Shown one piece after another: positions 25,301-39,300 of a DNA stretch of 64,000 bases (the first letter of the stretch is position 1; the number at the start of each line of letters is the position of its first letter). A program made the translations under genes and the position numbers. This stretch comes from Eledone cirrhosa (lineage: Eukaryota): positions 240,374,001 to 240,438,000 of the forward strand of contig OZ024743.1 in the NCBI GenBank assembly GCA_964016885.1, read 5' to 3'. The notes below the pieces were generated by a model. It was not told the origin of the DNA, ran no database searches, and saw only the letters and a program-made list of their open reading frames with translations.

Positions 25301-28300
25301 TGTACCCAGGATCTGCATTGTGTGCATTTTATAGAATTTATGACAGTTCCTTTTCTGCATATCGAACATGGCCATTTCCCTGATGGAATCAGAGTTTTGT
25401 CCTCTTTTCTACTCATCAACACTTTTGTCTTAGCTAGGTTCACTCTCAGTCCTCTTGCTTCCAACTGCTGTTTCCATAGCCAGAATTTATTCTCTAGCTC
25501 CTTTACTGATTCTACTATAAGAACCAGATCATCAGCATAGAGAAGTTCCCATGGACAGCCAGTCTTAAACTCCTCTGTTATGGCTTGGAGGACTATAATA
25601 AACAAGAGCGGGCTGAAGACCGAACCTTTATGTACTCCTACTTGTATCTGGAATTCCTCACTAAACTCCATTCCTACCCTGACTTTACTGAGAGTACCTC
25701 TGTACAAAGTTTGCAGTCCTCACAAGCCATTCCTCAACACCCAGTTTCCGTAGGGACAACCAGATGACAGATCGGGGTACCCTATCAAAGGCCTTCTCTA
25801 AGTCAACAAAGGCTAAATATAGTGGCTTATTCTTCTCTAAGAACCTCTCTTGTAATTGTCTCACCAAGAAGAGGGCATCTGTTGTACTTTTCCCAGGCCC
25901 AAAACCAAACTGCATCTCATCTAGTTTGACCCTTTCTCTAATTAGTTGTGCTAATATCCTTTCTGCCACTTTCATAACCATATATATATATATATATCTA
26001 TATATATGTTTATGTATATGTGAATAACTGAGTGACTTATGGATCTGGAGACTGTGTTTCATGGAAACATTAATATGGAAACAGTCACTGTCCAGCTGAG
26101 TACCAGTTGACTGCAAGGGTATGGTGTTTAGCCAGGGACCGCTATGCATAGGTGGCAGAATTGAAACATGGCAGACGTAGCCCCATATAATTAATAAATA
26201 AATTTATATATCATCATCATCATCGTTTAATGCCCATTTTCCACGCTAGCATTGGTTAGATGGGTTAGCGTGGAAAACATTTATATATATATAGTGGTAG
26301 AACACTGGAAGGTAATATCCGTAATGGTGGAGCACTCAGTCCATGGGACGAGTTAGGTAGAATTGGTTACACAACAATTATTTCACCATACCGAGAACAA
26401 TTGTTTCACCTTAGCGGATCCTCAGCTCGTAATGGACATGGCTTAGTAGTTAAAGCATTGGCCTTGCAATCGAAAGGCTGTGAGTTCAATTCTCAGACCG
26501 GGTGATGTGTTGTTTCCTTGAGCAAGACACTTTATTTCACATTGTTCCAGTTTACTCAGCTGTAGAAATGAGATGATAGGGACAGGGGTCCCTATCATTC
26601 CACTGCAAAGTGGTCGTGGAGGTGCCACGGCAAAAAAGCACCCATCACTCACTGTAAATGAGGTTGGTGTTAGGAAGGGCATCCAGCTGTAGAAATCAAG
26701 CCAGAATCAGTTCCCGTCCCACCCTTGCAAGCAGGGAAAAAGCGGACGTAAAATGAAATGATGATGATGAAATGATACACACACACACATAAATATATAT
26801 GTTTTTGTACTTTTTTAATTCAGATGGTATCAGATTTGTCAAAGGACAATTAGCTCAATGGTTAAAGAACTCAACCGGAATTTGAGAGATGTGGACTTTG
26901 ATTCTCTTCAATTGTTTTCCTGTTTGTAGGTGTATTTTACCCAATTCTTTAAGCTACTATTTATACCAATTGACTGTGGTCACAGTTATTTTCTATGTTT
27001 GAGATTCCTACATTTTCTCAGAGAATATTTATATATATTCCACTCTTTTCCATGCTGGCATGGGTTGGACAGAATGTTTTGAGACAATGTTTTACAGCTG
27101 ATGTTCTTCCTGATGCCAACCTTTTTAATCACCTCATATGACATACAGGGATACAGTGTACCTATTCTAAAAACTAAGAATCACACTATTTCTATAATTA
27201 TTCATTTATTACATATTACATTCATCTCATGGTAAAAAACTTGGACTGAGAAATCCTACCATATTCAACAGATTCGTTCATTTTAACTATTTCATATTCC
27301 AAGTAAAGCAATTGCTAGAAATATACTTCAATAGTCTCAAAACTAAATATTTCTTATGACTCTCAATGTTTTATTCATGTATATAATCATTTATTTTGCT
27401 AAAATCATTCTCTTCAATATGGTACAATCTAATGGAAGAAAAACTACCTCATTCACCTGCAAAAAAAAAAAATAATAATAATAACTATTTCCACTCACTA
27501 TAATACAATTTGACTGAACATACTGAAATGTAAAAAAATATTTTTCAATTTATTTTTTAAAGCAATTTCATTGACTATAGCCATAATTCAAGGGAACAAA
27601 ATCAAGCATACTGTAGAAGTTGTTTAAGTATTTTTATTCCTCACTACTACCACCACCTAATTTGAAGAATAACATTGAATAAAATATTTTTTTTTTTGTT
27701 CACAATTAAACTCCACTCTTGTACAACTAGAACAAGTGGGTCATTATATTCATCAACATTTGTTTTAAAATCTCTTCCGTTCTTTTGCAAAAATTGACAA
27801 ACCAGAATAAATACCATTTTTTTTTCTTCATCTCTTTTTTTTTAGTATTCCTTTCAAAAAGGATTCTCTTAAATATGCAATCATAGTGTTGGCAATGAAT
27901 AATTAAATACGAATTAATCATATTCAGCAACTATTTAAAACTAAAACCTAATTATGTCTCAATTTGAAAATTCCATAGAATAGAACAGCACTGGGTGAGT
28001 TTCATCTTTCCAGAGGTACATAGAATAAAATAAGTCCTGATTGATAATTATTGGGCTGATCCAATTGAACTATCTAACTAATCCTGATATATTAACATAA
28101 ACACTAAATATAACAATAGGTCAGATATTCTTCAAAACCAGACACACACACACCTATATACAAATACTAGCTGAGGTACCCAGCTTTGCCTGGGTAAGCA
28201 GATTATAAGAGAAGACTGGTAGGAGAGAAAATGACTGTTTACAGTATGAGGTGAGAACATGGTGTGTCTGTCTGACAAAACAAAAAACAGTCAAAAATAT

Positions 28301-29097
28301 TCCAGATACACCAGATTCTTCCTTTTACCATTCACGCATAGTATATGAAGGTCTTTCTACTAGTGAAGAATCTACATATAACTACCCAATTTTGAGATTC
28401 TGACCCTGAGCTTTATCTATGGTCATAGCAAAACTGGCTCAAACATGGAACTGAAGTCTTGAGAATTTGAATGGCAACACAGTAGAGAAAGGGATGAGTG
28501 GAATCTTGGGAATAAATGCCCTTTCTCCTTGATGATTGCTTCCACAAATAGTGACCTCTAAGAGATGATTCATTAACTACCAGACTGTTAAGCATGTGTC
28601 ATTGCATAGACGTGGTTGGTCCAGGTTTCTCAAAAGTATGATAGGAGTTCCAATCTTTTATATTATATATAGATATAGATAATTATATGATGTCCAAGTA
28701 TCGGCCACTCTCTGATAGGCTTGTGGTAGAGCCTGCAGCAGTGGAAACTTCTGGCATTAGCCCCTGGACAACATCCCTACTCACTGCTATCGGAGCAAAG
28801 TTGGCCACCCGCAGGTGCAAGCCCATGAGGTGGAGTGGCTGCTCCACCGCGTCTTCCTCAAGGTCTTCTGAAGCAATGGATTCTCCATCTTGTCGACTGA
28901 GACATAGATGCAGAGGGTAAGTTGGTAGTGGACAATACTCGTTCAGATGTCACTTTCAGTGCCTTTTTGAATCCATTCATTTCATATAATAAATTATTTG
29001 TTTAACTAACAAAACACACACACACAATAATGCCTAGCATTTTGAAGGTTGTATTCATTCAAAACACAGAAAATCATAAATTTTACTTCCAAAGGTA

Positions 29098-29156
<59 letters not shown>

Positions 29157-29188
29157 TGTGTGGTGTGTGTGTGTGTGCATGTTGTGTG

Positions 29189-29225
<37 letters not shown>

Positions 29226-31643
29226 CCAGCGTTCGTTCGATTCCACGGAGGCACTGGCTGCGAAACACAATCATCACTGACATCAAACGAGCAGAGAGAA
29301 TCCCTTATGGTTGATTCCAAGCTTGCTAGAAATTGTTTAGCACACCCTGGATGTTACTTTTCTTCTTTGATGTTATAAAATGAGTATCAATAAACCTTGC
29401 TGGATATACCCTTATTCCATTGATGTACTTTGTCAGTTTTTGTTTTTGCATGATGTGCAAAGGAACCAACCAACCAGCCAACAAACATCTCTCTTTTATA
29501 TTATGTATAGATAACTGCAATAGTCACACTGAATTTCAGACACACACACACTTACACACCTATATACAAACATTTCTGCAATAATCAGACTGAGTTTACA
29601 CACACACACACACACACACATAAATATATACAGATATAACTGCAATAGCCACGTTGAGTTTCACACACACATACACATACACACGCAGACAAACAGACAC
29701 TCATATACACACACAACTCTGTGCTGGTATAAATCAACAAGAACATTTCTACATAGTCACACCACTTGCTAGAAATAGTAAGAAACACCTTAAACCATAC
29801 TCTAATGCAGATGTCCCCAAACTTTTTACATGAAAGGGCCACATTAACAGTCCAAATTTAGATGAGAGCCGCATATTAGAATTATCCACCATGCTATCGA
29901 AGACAGTTAACGTTTTTATGATGATAGACTTGTACTTGAAATTCCCACGTTTTCAGTCAAAACTTATTAGACACATTATTTTCAGAGAATGTCTTTTGAA
30001 GTCTGTTGCATTATCTATACAGAAACATACACACGTGTTTTGTCCTCTTTTGAAGTTGTGTCGCCTTTATGCTGATCCCCCTCCAACACACATATATATA
30101 TAGGAAGTGTGACGGACCGAGAGACAAAGAAACAGGTTTCCTTTTATAATATAGTTTATTACTACTACTACTACTACTTCTGCTACTACTTTGCAAAGTA
30201 GTTTGAATTTATATCAAAATTGGTGCAAATATTTAAAATATAACAAAAAAATCCTGTCATGCAGTTGCTTGCTACAAGCAATGTTGGATAAGAGCATAAT
30301 TCTTATTTTGTTCTGAGGGCCGCATAGAACATACTTAAGGACTGCATGCGGCCCTTGGGCCACATGTTGGGGATCCCTGCTTTAGTGACTTAGAAAATAG
30401 AAAAACAACAGAGACTTAAAAACCTTTCCAGTTACTAATTTCCAGTAGCTAGAGTTAAATTATGTCAGTAACTAAGGTAACAAAGTGCAATGAAAATTTT
30501 AACACCCCAAGAAATAAATGATAAATAAATAAGAGTTTTCTGTTCTTGAATATAACTAAAATGATTCTTTCACAGTATAACTGCTTCAGTTTTGGCACAT
30601 GGTCTTCAATAAAAATACTTCCCAAACAAATACAACTCTAAAATATATGATATGCAATAGCACTAACTGAATGAGATTCAGAATATAGGCATATAACAAC
30701 CTCTATACAATATGTTTACTTGTGAGCTGCCGAGAAGGGACTGCCAAAAGTTGGAGGACATTTTACAAGAAGCGAAGGACGAGTGATGTCACATCATGGT
30801 TCGGACAGCTGGTCATGGCCTCTATTTCATCAGGTCGTGGCCCATTGTGGACGTGTTTATGAAAGCGAGCGAGAGCGGTTCTGTCATCCTCACATGGATG
30901 TTGGCAGAGTGGACAGTGGATGATTCAGTCTCGATTAAAGTGGAGATACAAGGCAGGTCCAATCGCTTTCAAACAACATTTACATATAAACATATATCTG
31001 GTCTCGCTTTTAGTATTTAAGTGGTGATCATGTTGCAGCTAGCTCAACAACTAAGGAAGGAAGTGCAAATGTATTTCAATCATCATCATCATCATGCTGA
31101 TATGGGTTTGACAGGTTGCCTGCTTTCCATGCTGGCATGCATTTGACAGGCTGTGACAAGATTGATCAGAGTAACCTCATCTTGCTCATACATTCTATAT
31201 TTGGCATGGTTTCTATGGCTAGTTGCCCTTACAACAACTACCTTACAGAGTAAACTGGCTGCACTTCAGAGTTGTAACAACACTAACATTTTACAGGAGC
31301 TCCTTGGAGCATTTTATTGTGGCACTTGCATTAGATACCTTGTTATGTTAGGCCAAACTGAAGAGAGACCTTTTAAACTCTACATTGTCTCCATTCAATA
31401 GCCAAACACTAGCCTCTGGTCCCATAACATATTTGATTTTAGTGTTACAATTTTCATTTTGATGGGCAGTCAACTTTGTCAAGTGTCACTCCTTAAAGAG
31501 GTTTAGCTTCTTAAGGTCATTCCTCACAACTTTTTCCCCATGCTTTTGTTTATTCACTCCATGTATTTTGTTTGTTCTGTGTGCAACATTGCACACACAC
31601 ACAACTTTCTCTATATATATATAAATTTTTTTTTTTTAGTAAA

Positions 31644-31682
<39 letters not shown>

Positions 31683-32281
31683 GGGTGTCTCCAAAAATGT
31701 ATACACATTTTGATTACCTGTGCAGGTAATATTTATTAGAATACACAGCTTTTCCCAAAAGTAAAATGATCTACAAACATAATTCAATTGTATGTAAAAA
31801 CCCAACAATGTTTACATGATTTAAATAATTGTTTCTACTTTTGGCACAAGGCCAGCAATTACCCAGTTCATTACTGGTACTTTATTTTATCGACCCCGTA
31901 AGGATGAAAGGCAAAGTTAACCTCAGCGGGATTTGAACTCAGATCATAAAGGGACGTAACTATGCTGGAAAGCATGATTTAAATAATTGTTTCTACTATT
32001 GGCACAAGGCCAGAAAATTACCCAGTACATTACTGGTACTTTATTTTATCGACCCCGTAAGGATGAAAGGCAAAGTTAACCTCGGCGGGATTGGAACTCA
32101 GAATGGCAAGGGCCGTAACTCTATGCGTCAAAGCATGGCATCCGAACCTCTACCGATACTGCCAATCCTGCATAAAAAACAGAATTTATTTTAATGCATT
32201 TTTTAAAGATTTTTTTTGTGTAGACATTTTTTGGGACACCCTGTATGTATGTATATATATATATATATACAAAGGTTTACA

Positions 32282-32315
<34 letters not shown>

Positions 32316-33388
32316 CGTGTTTTGCAATGGGTCACTTTGTGGCTCAATGAAAAGTTAATAGATTAAATAATCAGAGCTATATATCATAAAACATGTCTAT
32401 AGAATCACCAGATAAAATATATACCATTTCCTCTCCCAAGGAGAGGTATATATTTTATCTGGTGATTCTATAGACATGTTTTATGATATATATATATATA
32501 TTGACATACACATATACATTCTACCTCCATGATTTTTCCACAATCCTTGACTATTATATATATATATATATGTACTATACTGAATCATTTTATCCAGGTG
32601 GACAAGGAACGACTGTCTTACCTGTCCAAATTGTAGTTGACCGGCCGTGGTTCCAGACCACTGAAAACCCAAAGGAGGCACCTGGAGATTTTGGTGCAGT
32701 ACCTGTAATGGAAATACAATTTATGTTAGTTGAACATTCTGCAACTGAAAGTACTAACACTATCTTGGTTGAAATCATAAGGGAATGTCTCTAACTGCTA
32801 GAAATAGCAGCTACATCTCTCTCAAATTACACCAAAAACATCTTAGAAGGGAAGTATTGATGGAGAAAGTGCTCCTAGGTTATCTACATATAAGGAAAAG
32901 ACTTATAGTAGATTTTGTTACAGACTTATAGTAGATTTGGATGCAGTTTTACAGCCTGCATGCATGGCATGCCTTGGGTATTTTAGAGAGAGAGAGAGAG
33001 AAAGAGGAGGGGGGCGAAATGGGAGCTTGAGAAAATCAGCTCAATTCATTGTGTTTCGCTTGTTGTTTATAGATGTAGAGAAACCTGGCTTTTGTTTTCT
33101 GGCAATTAAAGCTAGCTCTAGCCCTATTAACACTGACACAGCACAATGCCATACACGTGTGCACAACACCAAGTACAGATAACTTGGGTACTATGTGCAC
33201 TGAAACAAACATACCACCTACATACTATACACCAAATTACATATATGCACTTATGAGGTGAGACAATCCACTTCATGTCTATTCCTCTTACTTATACTCT
33301 GTCCCACCTCATCTTCTCTCCCTCCTTTTCTTGCTTATATAACACTGCCTTGAACCTCATGTAACTAAAATGACTCAACTAAACCTGT

Positions 33389-33447
<59 letters not shown>

Positions 33448-34191
33448 GCGGTGCCCCAGCATGGCATCAGCCGGATGGCTGAAACAGGTAAAAGAGTAAA
33501 TATATTTCTTCATTGTACTGTGTTGTTAGTTTTATTATTTCTGTTTACTTTTTACATACACATATCATCATCATCATCATCACCACCGTTTTCCATCCAT
33601 TTTTTTCACGCTAGCATGGGTTAGACGAGTTATCCTGCTGTGGGCAATGCCAGGTCAGGTGACCATGTCTTGCTCATACAGAACTGTTTCTGGCTTGATT
33701 TCTACAGCTGGATACCCTTCCTAACACCAACCTCATTTATATTGAGTACTGGGTGCTTTTCATCGTGGCGCCTACACAACCACTTTACAGTGGGGTGGGG
33801 CTATACTGTCTTTATACTTCAGCTTTGGCTTGTACCTGTGGGAAGTCGGGTCTTCTGTATTACTGCGTAATGCCACAGGTTTCGGTCCTGTGTCATTGCT
33901 TTTGAGAGGTGCAATTGGGTAAGATCAGCATATATATATATAATAGAAAAAACGAGGAAGTTTCGCATCACCAGTCTGAGGAGTAGATTGATATTGGAGT
34001 CGGGTCAGTCCATAACTCCTATGGGTCACCTTCAGTCAATGCTCTGCGAAACGCGCGTAACAGGTCGATACGCAATAAATATTTTTCATATGTAAAAGAA
34101 ACTTGCTCGTTTTTTCTATTATATACACTCTGCCTGTGCATAGAGTGCTTGCTTTGGTACCAACACCAGTAATTCACTATACTACCTATAC

Positions 34192-34258
<67 letters not shown>

Positions 34259-34309
34259 GTGGAACTAACTGTTGTGTGTATATATATATATAGAAGTGGA
34301 ACTAACTGT

Positions 34310-34344
<35 letters not shown>

Positions 34345-34508
34345 GTGGAACTAACTGTTGTGTATATATATATATAGAAGTGGAACTAACTGTTGTGTAT
34401 ATATATATATAGAAGTGGAACTAACTGTTGTGTGTATATATATATATATATATATAGAAGTGGAACTAACTGTTGTGTATATATATATATAGAAGTGGAA
34501 CTAACTGC

Positions 34509-34555
<47 letters not shown>

Positions 34556-35971
34556 GTGGAACTAACTGTTGTGTAACCACTTCTACCTAACTCGTCCCAT
34601 GGACTGAGTGCTCTACCACTACGGATATTACCTTCCAGTGTTCTACCACTATATATATATAAATATATAAAATCAAAAATAGTTTTCCAAAGAGGAACAG
34701 AAGGGAACCACAGTGAAATAAAGTACTCAATATGTTATTAGAGATGGTATATATTAATTTATTCCATATAGAAATGACTTCTACAGGAGTAGAACTGAAA
34801 TCAACAGGAATGTTCAATTGGCATTACTGATGGTTTCAAATGAATAAAACTGTTTTAGCACTGTAGAAGTCATTTCTTTATGATATATATATATAACGAA
34901 GGAGGTGTGGTAAGGAACCAGATGGACCATAACGCACCAGAGTACTCAATACTTAGGGTAGTAGAGTGGGTAATAGGAAAATGTAATTCTAATTTAGTCC
35001 AGAAATAGCCGTCGAAACGGCTTGAGCTCTGCCGTCGGGGTCATACATTTTCCTATATATATATATATATATATAATACAACCAAATGTTAATGTTTAAG
35101 GAGAATTATACCATTTTATGTATATACACACATGTATGTGTGTATATATATGTAACTATATGTATGTATATATGCACATGTATGTGTGTATATATGTAAC
35201 TATATGTATGTTTACATTCATTCAACCACATATGTCATCGTATGTAATGTTTGTATATGTATAAATGTATACATACAGCATAATTTAAAGTCAGAGCGCA
35301 AGACCCTGAACAAATAACAAGCCATTCAATCCGACACCTTAATCATATGCTTATAGCATTAATCAGATTATTTAACCTCTTAATTAATCACAGAAATCTT
35401 GCTCTTCTTGAACCCTCTGGTCTGTAAACTTCTCACAGCCAGGTATTGTGGTGATCATCATAATCATTGTGTATTGTTTTGTTATGTTATCATATTGGCA
35501 TAGGTTGGATGGGGTTCAAAGTGACACCTCTTATTGTGGCCCTTCATCTGATGGTATACACAGCAACAGACATAACATAAGGGCCTCTAGAGAACCCAAC
35601 AGAGACATTTTAACCCAACAATATTGTTATACTTAGTTATAATTTTGTAATGTGGAAGAAGTAAAAGACTCATTTAGAGAACTGGCATGTTGTTACTTCT
35701 AGAAGTAATAACTAAATATTTCTCAAATCACACTCTAATATTTAAACCCTTTTCATACCAACTAGCCTGAAATCACCCCTACTTCAGCAAAATGAAACTA
35801 CTCTTTTTAAACTGCCCTTCTTTATATTAAAACATTCCACCATAATTTTATGTTCCAAACATCAACTTGATCATGAAAAAGTTAATTATCTTACAAAATT
35901 CTTCCAAATTTTTTATTACAAAAATAATAATGAAAGTGTTAAAAGTTAAACAAACATTGGTTAGCCTAGTG

Positions 35972-36017
<46 letters not shown>

Positions 36018-36337
36018 CAATATATATATACTTATATATATATATTGCGACTAAAACTTGAAAGGCAGGTCATGGTTGATACAGTTTTGTTCATTCAATA
36101 ATTTCTTATAAAAGACACAATGCCAGACATTTCGGAAAGCAAAAGCAGTTTATTAAATCGACCCAATACATAACTGGTACATTATTGTATCACCACCAGA
36201 AGGATGAAAGACAAAGTTGATGTTGATGGAATTTGAAAACCACAAAGTAAACAGCCAGACTAAATACTGCAAAGTATTTTGTCTAACACTCTACCAATTC
36301 TGCCAGGTCACCATTCTGATCAAAACAATAACAAGTG

Positions 36338-36373
<36 letters not shown>

Positions 36374-39300
36374 GCGAGAGAGAGAGAGAGAGAGATTCAG
36401 GGAAAGTAAAATTAGAGATTAAGTGAGGATGAGGAGGAGGAAGAAAGAAAGAAGAGGGATTAATATGATCAAGGAAAAACAGGAAAGAATTTTAAAATTT
36501 AATCCCCCCCCCCCTGCCTAAGCAAAGAATTATAAGAATTATAAAATAATGGAAGGGATTTGATGAATGGAATGTTTTCATTGTTTTCTAAGAATGTAAG
36601 AATGGTGTTAGGGAGAATAGGAGAAAGGAATCTACATGGAAATTTTAATTGAAATACAAGAAAAAAACCTTCCTTGTATTGCACTGTCAGTGTAGTCTTG
36701 TTTTCACTATCACTGAAAGTACAATCACTACTACACTGCACCTACCACCTCAACCACAGTTACCAGAACCACAGCCTTCAACTATGCCATAACCTACACC
36801 ACAACCACACCACACATGACCTACCACTAACAATATCATCACCATCAACAACACCATCACCACCAACACCACAACAATACCATCATTACCAACAACAACA
36901 ACTTCATCCCCACTATCAATACCAAAACTCATATAAGCCAAGTGGTGACTTAAGATACAAGAAATAGCAGCCTAATCTGCCTCATATACCAACAACAACA
37001 AACATTTTCAGTCCCTTTCTCTGCTAAACAAGGTGCTAGCTATGTGAACTCAATGACAAGCTTCACCATTTTTCCATATCTACATACTCCTTCACCAGAT
37101 GCCTGGCTTTCATTTCTTCTTCCATCATTTTTAGTCATGTCTCATATAACACCATAGGTAGCAACTTGGCAGAGTTGTTAGAATGGTGGATAGAATGCTT
37201 TGCCTTTCATCCTTTTGAGGTCAATAAAGAAAATGTACCAGTCATGTACTGGGGTTGCTTCTTCTTCTTTATCTCTTGCCCATTTCCTCTCTATCTGTCC
37301 TTCTCTTTCTCTGGAAGAAATCAGCTGTGTTCAGACTTGGAGTAGAAATGGACTCTGTCAAGTTTTAAAAATGCCCCCAAAATGTTGTATGCCAACGTGG
37401 TGTCCCTACAACTCCACCAGGAGTTACAGATACATATGTATACATATATATATATGTATATACATACATATCACACTGTAACATTAGAATACAAACAGGA
37501 ACTAGACATTTAATAATGTCAACCCATAGACATGATTTCCACTATAAGCTGTACAGCATATTGGATGACCATTGGATAGTTGCACTAATATGGCAGTTTT
37601 TCTATAAGAAAAGGTTGCTAAACTCTCATTCAACCCTTCTCTATTTTTGGATAAAGAGACACCATGAGTTATTTCCAATGACCATTCTTTCAATATAAAG
37701 TAACCAATTCTGAGAGAAAGATGAATCAGCCCTCATATATGATTCAAAATGTATTTATTTGTTAAACCCATGAGGATGAATGGCTAAGTTGTCTTTGGCA
37801 AAATTTTAACTCAAAGAACAGAGAACTGAAACAAATAGCATAAGACTTTGTGCCCAACATGCTAAAAACTCTACCAATTCACTCACTTAAATCTATAGAT
37901 ATTTTATCAGGAAAAAATAGAATAAAATGGAATGGTCACATCTGGAACTTCTTTGATCATAGATCAGCTCACTCCAGCCTGATCTGGGGCTAATCAATGA
38001 CAACACTACAAATACAGCACCACAACCACCACCATCACAACTACCATTACCACAACTATTACCACAATCATCACCACAATCACCACTATCAACACTACCA
38101 CCTCCATCACCACCATCGTTACAACTGCATCTGTCACCATCATCACCACAAACACCATCACTACAACCATCATCACAACAACAACCAACACCACCACCTC
38201 ACTGTCACTACCACCTCCATTATAATCCTAAATCAAATCTGGAAACTTGTGGTTAATTAATCTAATTCTACATTGAAAAGACAATTAACCAGATAGGATT
38301 AAGGTTTCTTGTAATCTCAACAACAATAACAACAACAATGACAACAGCGACAACAACAATAGTGACATTAGCAACAATAACAACAATAATAATGACATCA
38401 GCAACAACAATAACAACAGCAGTCACAACAATCTTAATAACAACAGTCACAACAATCTTAATAACAACAGTCACAACAACAACAACAGCAATATTAATAA
38501 CAACAACCAGAGCCCAAAAATCAATACAATCAACAACAACACCAACAACAATGTCAACAATACAATCAACAAGTACCACAACAATAACACCAGCAACATT
38601 GATACAATCAAGAATACAACAACAATACAAAAATCAACAACAGCCCTACGAATACAATCTACAACTATAACAACAACAATACCTCCAATAACACACACCT
38701 ATAACAACAATCAACAACAACAACAACTACAACAAACAACATTAATAAAGGCAGGCAAATCTGGGAACATTCTGCTGAGATTAAAAGCAACAAAGCGCAG
38801 ATTATTTTCAGCTTCAGTTCTAATTGCTATAACTTTCCACTTCTATTTCACCTCTTCACTACTACTACTACTGCTACTACTACTACTAGTAGTAGTAATA
38901 ATGATAATAATAATATTGTTGTTGTTTGCATTGCAGCAACATCTGTTGCAGTCAGAGAGCGCAGCTCATGCACTTTTCAACAAAAGGAATCAGTTTCAGA
39001 GAGAGGCTCTTGCTATGCTAAAATGACACACCATCATCACACTCATCACCATCATAAGTAACATTATCACCATCACCATCATCATTACCATCACCATCAC
39101 CATTATTATGACCAGCATCACTCTTTGAAGTTTATTTTCAATGCTTGCATGGGTTGAATGGATTGTCATGTTCTGAAGCTTTTACCAGTCAGATGACCAT
39201 AAGTCTTTCTCATAAGTGATGTTTTTGTCTAAGTTTCTATGGTTATATGTCCTTCCTAATGCTAATCCCTTTACAGAGTATACTGGGTGAATTGCATTGT

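Noticed and set aside
30796-31020. Possible extra exon in intron B-C
   Set aside because: No avidin motif; looks like a LINE C-terminal remnant; B joins C seamlessly as TIWT-GQC.
34255-34575. CRISPR-like repeat-spacer appearance
   Set aside because: Spacers are only (TA)n, the context is eukaryotic and there are no cas genes.
37997-38698. His-rich and Thr-rich mucin-like ORFs
   Set aside because: Degenerate CAC/CAA microsatellites without splice or homology support.
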